A stretch of 40,952 bases of DNA from a virus (Duplodnaviria; Caudoviricetes): the IMG/VR virus record IMGVR_UViG_3300021082_000062, positions 1 to 40,952 of that record; one strand, 5' to 3'. The notes beneath the pieces were generated by a model that ran no database searches, was not told where the DNA came from, and was given only the letters and a program-made list of their open reading frames with translations. The position numbers and the translations under genes were made by a program. Shown here one piece after another: positions 36,316 to 40,952 of the stretch. Position 1 is the first letter of the stretch. Every line of letters begins with the position of its first letter.

Positions 36316-37294
36316 CGTTGGCGCACAGGGTGCAGCACCCGCAAACACGTATATTCAGACCGCCGCCGTTGGGGTCCTCGAGGACTTGAGCGACGTCATT
36401 TTCCGCATCGATCCAGACGAGACACCCCTTGTCTCAGCGTGTCCCAGATCGAATGCGAAACAGATCAATCACGAGTGGCTGGTTCAGGAATTGAACGCCG
36501 CCAGTGATAATGCGCAGCCGGAAGGTTTCACTGCCGTAATGCAAGCTGCCACCGCCCCGGTGCGCTTGTCAAACATCGCGCAAATCCTGGCCCGCACAGT
36601 CGGCGTGTCCAACACACTGCGTGTCGTGGACGTTGCGGGCGGCGAGGATGAATACAATCGTCAGCTCGTATTGCGTGGCATGGAAGTCAAACGCGACCTC
36701 GAGCTGATCATAACCAGCCCGCTGGTTCGTACGATCACCGATCCGCGGCATATGTCGGGCCTACCGTGCTACTGCGTGAACGGCAGCCGCGGGGCCGGCG
36801 CTGGCGTCATGCCAGTGGGCAACGGCAGCAACGCCGGAACGCCTGGCACCAAGCGCGATCTGACGCTGGACCTCGTCAACACGGCGATGCAGCAGTGCTG
36901 GGTCGCGGGCGGCAAGCCGACACTCGGGATCATGAGCGGTAACGTGAAGAACTACTTCGCGACGCTGTCACAGGGCGGCACCGGCAACCCGATCGTCGCA
37001 CAGAATATCCAGTCCACGACTGCACGCGAGGAAGTCACGATCCTCGGTGCCGTCGATGTCTACCGCACGAATTTCGGCTCGCTCAACCTGGCGCCAGATC
37101 GGTTCTGCCCGGCAAACCAGATCCTGCTGATCAGCACCGACTATATCGAGCTGTCGCCGCTACCAGAGCGCGACATGGTGCAGATCGACTTTGCCCAGAC
37201 GGGCGATAACAGCCAAGGCGCGGTGATCTGGGAAGGAACTTTGACGCCCACGGCACCGAAATCCCACGCCTGGGTGGCTGACCTCAATCAATAG
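36311..37294 (+). CDS. Major capsid protein (SU10/DUF5309-like)
   Basis: EDLSDVI.RIDP.ETP...HEW..., N..QI...VS.T, E.KRD.E, VDVY.T.FG, GD......EGTL motifs. Confidence 0.9.
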   Translation: MAVGAQGAAPANTYIQTAAVGVLEDLSDVIFRIDPDETPLVSACPRSNAKQINHEWLVQELNAASDNAQPEGFTAVMQAATAPVRLSNIAQILARTVGVSNTLRVVDVAGGEDEYNRQLVLRGMEVKRDLELIITSPLVRTITDPRHMSGLPCYCVNGSRGAGAGVMPVGNGSNAGTPGTKRDLTLDLVNTAMQQCWVAGGKPTLGIMSGNVKNYFATLSQGGTGNPIVAQNIQSTTAREEVTILGAVDVYRTNFGSLNLAPDRFCPANQILLISTDYIELSPLPERDMVQIDFAQTGDNSQGAVIWEGTLTPTAPKSHAWVADLNQ

Positions 37295-37313
37295 TTAAGG
37301 ACCATATACCCAG

Positions 37314-38039
37314 ATGGTCGCCATGACGTATGCTGTGGGGATGAGACATCCCCCCCCATGGCAGTCCCGTGTAGTCCAGCAGCAGTCTAATGACGGCTGC
37401 TGGCTTTGGCAGGGTCGTGTGGAACCTGGCGGACACGGTCAGGTAACCCGCGGCGGCAAGGTCTACCGCGTCCATCGCCTGGCCTGGGAAGATGCGTATG
37501 GTTCCGTACCTAGGGGCCATACCGTCACTCAGACATGCGGCATTCCGACATGCTGCAATCCCGCCCATCTCGTTCTGTCAACAATGGCAGAGCTAAGAAG
37601 ATCCGAAGCTACGCCCTGGCAGGACCGCCTGACTAAGCAGGCAGACGGATGCTGGATATTCCAAGGCGCCCGTTCGACCGACGGCTACGGCCAGGTCAGA
37701 CACGACGGCCGCACAGAGAGGGTCCACCGGCTCGCGTGGGAAGCCGCTAACGGCCCGATCCCAGCGGACATGCGCGTCTGTCATTCATGCGACGTGCCAG
37801 CTTGTTGCAACCCGGCACACCTCTTCCTTGGTACGCAGCAGGACAACGTAACGGACATGATCGAGAAGGGCCGTTTTAAGGGCCGCTCGTATCTCAACTC
37901 ACTAAAGACGCACTGTCCATACGGCCACGAATATACCACCGCTAATACCATGACCTACAACGGCATGCGCTCGTGTCGTCAGTGCATGAACGAACGGTCA
38001 GCCGCACACCATCGCCAAGCAAGGCGCAAAGGCCAATGA
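37314..38039 (+). CDS. Tandem HNH homing endonuclease
   Basis: Two GCW.W/F.G...G.V......RVHRLAWE...C..P.CCNPAHL units (first lacks the His) plus KTHCPYGH..N...CRQC Zn finger. Confidence 0.9.
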   Translation: MVAMTYAVGMRHPPPWQSRVVQQQSNDGCWLWQGRVEPGGHGQVTRGGKVYRVHRLAWEDAYGSVPRGHTVTQTCGIPTCCNPAHLVLSTMAELRRSEATPWQDRLTKQADGCWIFQGARSTDGYGQVRHDGRTERVHRLAWEAANGPIPADMRVCHSCDVPACCNPAHLFLGTQQDNVTDMIEKGRFKGRSYLNSLKTHCPYGHEYTTANTMTYNGMRSCRQCMNERSAAHHRQARRKGQ

Positions 38040-38359
38040 CCGCACCCCTATACGAGAGCTACAATCCCCAAACCCAGCGCGCCACCGAGGTCACAACGGA
38101 CCCTGACACCGGCAATCTGGTCTTCATACACAGCCAGAATACGCGCCCGATTATCGAATCCGCCAAGGCTCTGGCTGCGAACTTCGACCCACACGTTGCG
38201 CGCCCTGCGCATGGTTTCACACACGTTGCGCGCATCCCCCTGGTGATTTGGCGCGAGCTGGAACGCCTTGGGATCACGCAGGACGAGAAGGCCATGAACA
38301 AGTGGCTGGACGAACGCGACAACTCGGTGTTCCGCGTAGACGACAGAAGGAAGCTCTGA
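38036..38359 (+). CDS. Conserved small podovirus protein after MCP
   Basis: Q...PII..AK...HVARIP......L....I.......KWL...DN..FRV pattern. Confidence 0.75.
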   Translation: MTAPLYESYNPQTQRATEVTTDPDTGNLVFIHSQNTRPIIESAKALAANFDPHVARPAHGFTHVARIPLVIWRELERLGITQDEKAMNKWLDERDNSVFRVDDRRKL

Positions 38360-38360
38360 G

Positions 38361-38669
38361 ATGGCACAACCAACAAACGACAAGCACGACCCCCCGGCAC
38401 AGATGAAGCCGATGACGCCGCCTGCGCCAGCAGCGACCACAGTCCCGGTGGAACCCACGCTGCCGGATGACATGGACCGCGTGCTGCTGCTGCGCCTCTA
38501 TCCCGACCTCGGCTACGAGGAAGCGCGCGCCAAGGCGATCGCCGATGGTAAGGCTACCGCGGCAGCCGGCGCCGTGCTGGTGGCATCAGCGCAGAGTGAC
38601 GTCGTAGGCGCCGAGCCGCCGCCACCGCCACCGCCGGCACCGCGGTCTGACCATCCAGACAGGAAGTAG
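38361..38669 (+). CDS. Pro-rich hypothetical protein
   Basis: AAGGA RBS; operon context. Confidence 0.55.
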   Translation: MAQPTNDKHDPPAQMKPMTPPAPAATTVPVEPTLPDDMDRVLLLRLYPDLGYEEARAKAIADGKATAAAGAVLVASAQSDVVGAEPPPPPPPAPRSDHPDRK

Positions 38670-38679
38670 GGGCGGCCTG

Positions 38680-39345
38680 GTGCCCACGTACCAGATGCTG
38701 CAGGACGAAGTCGCCTCGTGGCTCAACCGCGCCGACATTTCCGACAAAATGGCCGGTTGGGTTGCGATGGTGGAAACCGAGATCGCGCAGACGTTGAGGG
38801 CGCGCTGCATGGTGGTGACGGCCAACCAGCCGATTGACGCGCCATACGTCACCATGCCGCCCGACTTCTGCACGATGGCGTCTATACGCGACGCCACCAC
38901 GGGCGAACTGCTCGAGCTTCGTGACGAGTGGTCGGGCCATTGGACGGGGCAACAGCACAACGTCTGGCGGGATGGCGCGATCGTCGGTGTGGGCACCCCA
39001 TGCACGGCCTACCGGCTGGTCGAGGATTGCATAGAGTTCCTGCCGCACCCACAGATCCCCGATCCGCCGGACCCCACCTGGCAGCCGCAGATCGTACGTA
39101 TGTCGTGGTATGCCAAGCCGGCGCCGCTACTGCTGCCCAGCGACACCAACACCGTCCTAGAGGCGCTCTATGGCGTCTACCTCTGGGGCTGTGTGCATCA
39201 GGGCGCGCTGTTCGAGTTGGACGACGACCGGGCCGCGCAGGCTGACGCGAAGTGGCAACAGGCTGTCACCCGCGCAAACTTGCACAAACAGCAGAGCGAT
39301 TATTCCGGCTCACCGCTTAGAGCAGAAATAGCGGCTAGTTTTTAG
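38680..39345 (+). CDS. Head-tail adaptor protein
   Basis: TY..L...VA.WLNR.D......V...E..I...LR...M, YVT.P.DF, Y......L......N.VL......YL.G pattern. Confidence 0.85.
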   Translation: MPTYQMLQDEVASWLNRADISDKMAGWVAMVETEIAQTLRARCMVVTANQPIDAPYVTMPPDFCTMASIRDATTGELLELRDEWSGHWTGQQHNVWRDGAIVGVGTPCTAYRLVEDCIEFLPHPQIPDPPDPTWQPQIVRMSWYAKPAPLLLPSDTNTVLEALYGVYLWGCVHQGALFELDDDRAAQADAKWQQAVTRANLHKQQSDYSGSPLRAEIAASF

Positions 39346-39347
39346 GG

Positions 39348-39785
39348 ATGCCTATGAGCATAGCTATTCCATGGCAGGACCGGGTAATCCCTGAGCCAAA
39401 TTCCGGCTGTTGGTTGTGGGACGGCGCGCAGGCATCAGGCGGCTATGGCAAGGTTACTCGTGGTGGGAAGCAATTCCGCGTCACCCGTCTGGCCTGGGAA
39501 GAACGACACGGGCCAATCCCATTAGGCCTGTTCGTCCTGCATCGTTGTGACGTTCCCGCATGCTGCAATGTCGACCATCTTTTCCTTGGCACGCTGCGGG
39601 ATAACGCGCGGGACATGGCGGCGAAGGGCCGCGTTGGTGGTGGATCACCACGACAGGCGACATGTAAATACGGGCACCCCTTCGATGCGGTGAATACCTA
39701 CATCAAGCCGAATGGGGACCGTCGCTGCAGACTTTGCGCCCGACTCTACCTTCGACAGTGGCATCGGGCGAGAAGGACGCCCTGA
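39348..39785 (+). CDS. HNH homing endonuclease
   Basis: PEPNSGCWLW.G...YG...VLHRCDVPACCNVDHLFLGT..DN..DM..KGR plus C..GH...C..C. Confidence 0.9.
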   Translation: MPMSIAIPWQDRVIPEPNSGCWLWDGAQASGGYGKVTRGGKQFRVTRLAWEERHGPIPLGLFVLHRCDVPACCNVDHLFLGTLRDNARDMAAKGRVGGGSPRQATCKYGHPFDAVNTYIKPNGDRRCRLCARLYLRQWHRARRTP

Positions 39786-40952
39786 TGGCATATCCCATGC
39801 TCTCGAAAGAGTCGGTTCGCTACCGCGGCGATGGCGGACGCGAGCACTGCAGCCTGTGCAGGCATTTCGAGTCGAGCCGCGGCGGTCGCTGCAAGCGCGT
39901 GCTCGGGCAGATCTCGCCACGCGGCTGGTGCCGCCTGTTCTCGCAAGAGGCGCGCGGGCTGATCGCTGACGTAGGCCAGGCGGCGATCGGCGGCGGCCCA
40001 TCGCTCGGCCTCGACTTCATGCAGCCCGGCGTGCTGGACCCGCGCATTACCTTCACCCGCGCGTCCACCGCCACGTATTTCGACAGCGCGGGCGTGATGC
40101 AGAACGCGGCGACCAACGCGCCGCGCTGGGACTATGATCCGGCCACGTTGGCCTTGCGCGGGCTGCTGATCGAAGAGGCGCGCACCAACGGCATCCCCAA
40201 CGGAAATGCTGTAGGCGCAGTGGTTGGCGGCACGCTGCCCACCGGCTGGGCCGAGTCCAACAACACCGGCATCGCCCCTGCGGTGACCGGCTTTGGCACA
40301 GAGAGCGGCATTCCATATGTCGATATCCGGTTCGCTGGCACCACGTCATCCGGCACCGCGAACAACATATACATTGCGAACGGCACAGTGCCGGCTGGCA
40401 ACAGTCAGGCGTGGACCGCCAGTGTTTATCTACGGCTGACTGCCGGAACGATGCCAGCCAACAGCGTCAGCGTGCTGGCAGCCAGTAACATCGGGCCACA
40501 CTACCCGCCAACGGTTACGCCAACCGGCGCCCCGCTTGTGTCCCAGCGTTATCTGAACGCCTTCACCACCGCCGCTAGCGGCGTGACATCGCTCAGTCTG
40601 ATCATCGGCATCTCAATGCCGCCCCTCACAGCAGTGGACTTCACGCTGCGTATTGGTGCTGCACAGCTAGAGGCCGGCGCCTTCCCGACGAGCTACATCG
40701 CCACGGCGGGCAGCGCGCAGACCAGGGCGCAGGACTACATGTCGATACCAACGGCTGGCTGGTATAGCACCACGCAAGGGTCGGTGGTCGCCAAGGTTGG
40801 TGGATTGTCCTGGAACGGTTCGGGCACGTTCAATAACGGCATATTTACGTTTGACGATAATGCCAGCAATCGGGTCAACGCGATCGACCTGATGGGGTTC
40901 ACTAACAACGGCACATACATACAGCCAAATATTGCTGTTGCTGTTGGTGGGG
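39785..40952 (+). CDS. Head-fibre/LamG-like virion protein with N-terminal HiPIP-like domain (continues at 1..365; ~510 aa total)
   Basis: TGATG-coupled ATG, no stop to window end; C22-x2-C25...C36...GWC49; then TFTRASTATYFD...PRWDYDP...GLLIEEARTN and QLEAGAFPTSYI.T....TRA.D motifs. Confidence 0.85.
   Translation, partial: MAYPMLSKESVRYRGDGGREHCSLCRHFESSRGGRCKRVLGQISPRGWCRLFSQEARGLIADVGQAAIGGGPSLGLDFMQPGVLDPRITFTRASTATYFDSAGVMQNAATNAPRWDYDPATLALRGLLIEEARTNGIPNGNAVGAVVGGTLPTGWAESNNTGIAPAVTGFGTESGIPYVDIRFAGTTSSGTANNIYIANGTVPAGNSQAWTASVYLRLTAGTMPANSVSVLAASNIGPHYPPTVTPTGAPLVSQRYLNAFTTAASGVTSLSLIIGISMPPLTAVDFTLRIGAAQLEAGAFPTSYIATAGSAQTRAQDYMSIPTAGWYSTTQGSVVAKVGGLSWNGSGTFNNGIFTFDDNASNRVNAIDLMGFTNNGTYIQPNIAVAVGG

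Larger units (their letters stand above)
1..40952. mobile_element. Temperate podovirus-like phage genome, probably complete and circularly permuted; likely alphaproteobacterial host
   Basis: Packaging, head, tail, ejection, lysogeny and replication modules all present; no host genes; ORF at 39785 is open to the end and joins in frame (G+TG) to the frame of ORF 51..365; no tape measure or sheath. Confidence 0.9.

Noticed and set aside
37314-38039. HNH genes as group I intron ORFs
   Set aside because: Flanking genes are intact and tightly coupled, leaving no room for an intron core.

Overview
The window looks like one complete, circularly permuted genome (~41 kb, GC-rich) of a temperate podovirus-type tailed phage, probably of an alphaproteobacterium (it carries a GcrA homologue). 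The ORF running off the right end (39785..40952) continues in frame into 1..365. Modules: head/tail fibres, tail, ejection proteins (one with a SceD/Rpf-like transglycosylase), a small membrane-protein operon next to a probable attP, tyrosine integrase/excisionase, a cI/cro switch with four TCAG-N5-CTGA operators, GcrA, AAA_24 recombinase + SSB-like protein, Prim-Pol + VapE helicase with an iteron origin, a NusG/RfaH paralogue followed by an exact ops motif, terS, terL with an Ala1 (class 3-type) LAGLIDADG intein, portal, scaffold, major capsid and adaptor. Most unusual: (1) a HiPIP-like [4Fe-4S] domain at the N-terminus of a head-fibre-like protein missed by the ORF track; (2) a PD-(D/E)XK nuclease inserted between integrase and attP that ends in a copy of the integrase arm-binding motif; (3) twin hairpins with a conserved loop and different stems in the capsid leader; (4) a phage-encoded PEP-CTERM protein; (5) no recognisable endolysin. 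All family calls are by motif recognition, not database searches.
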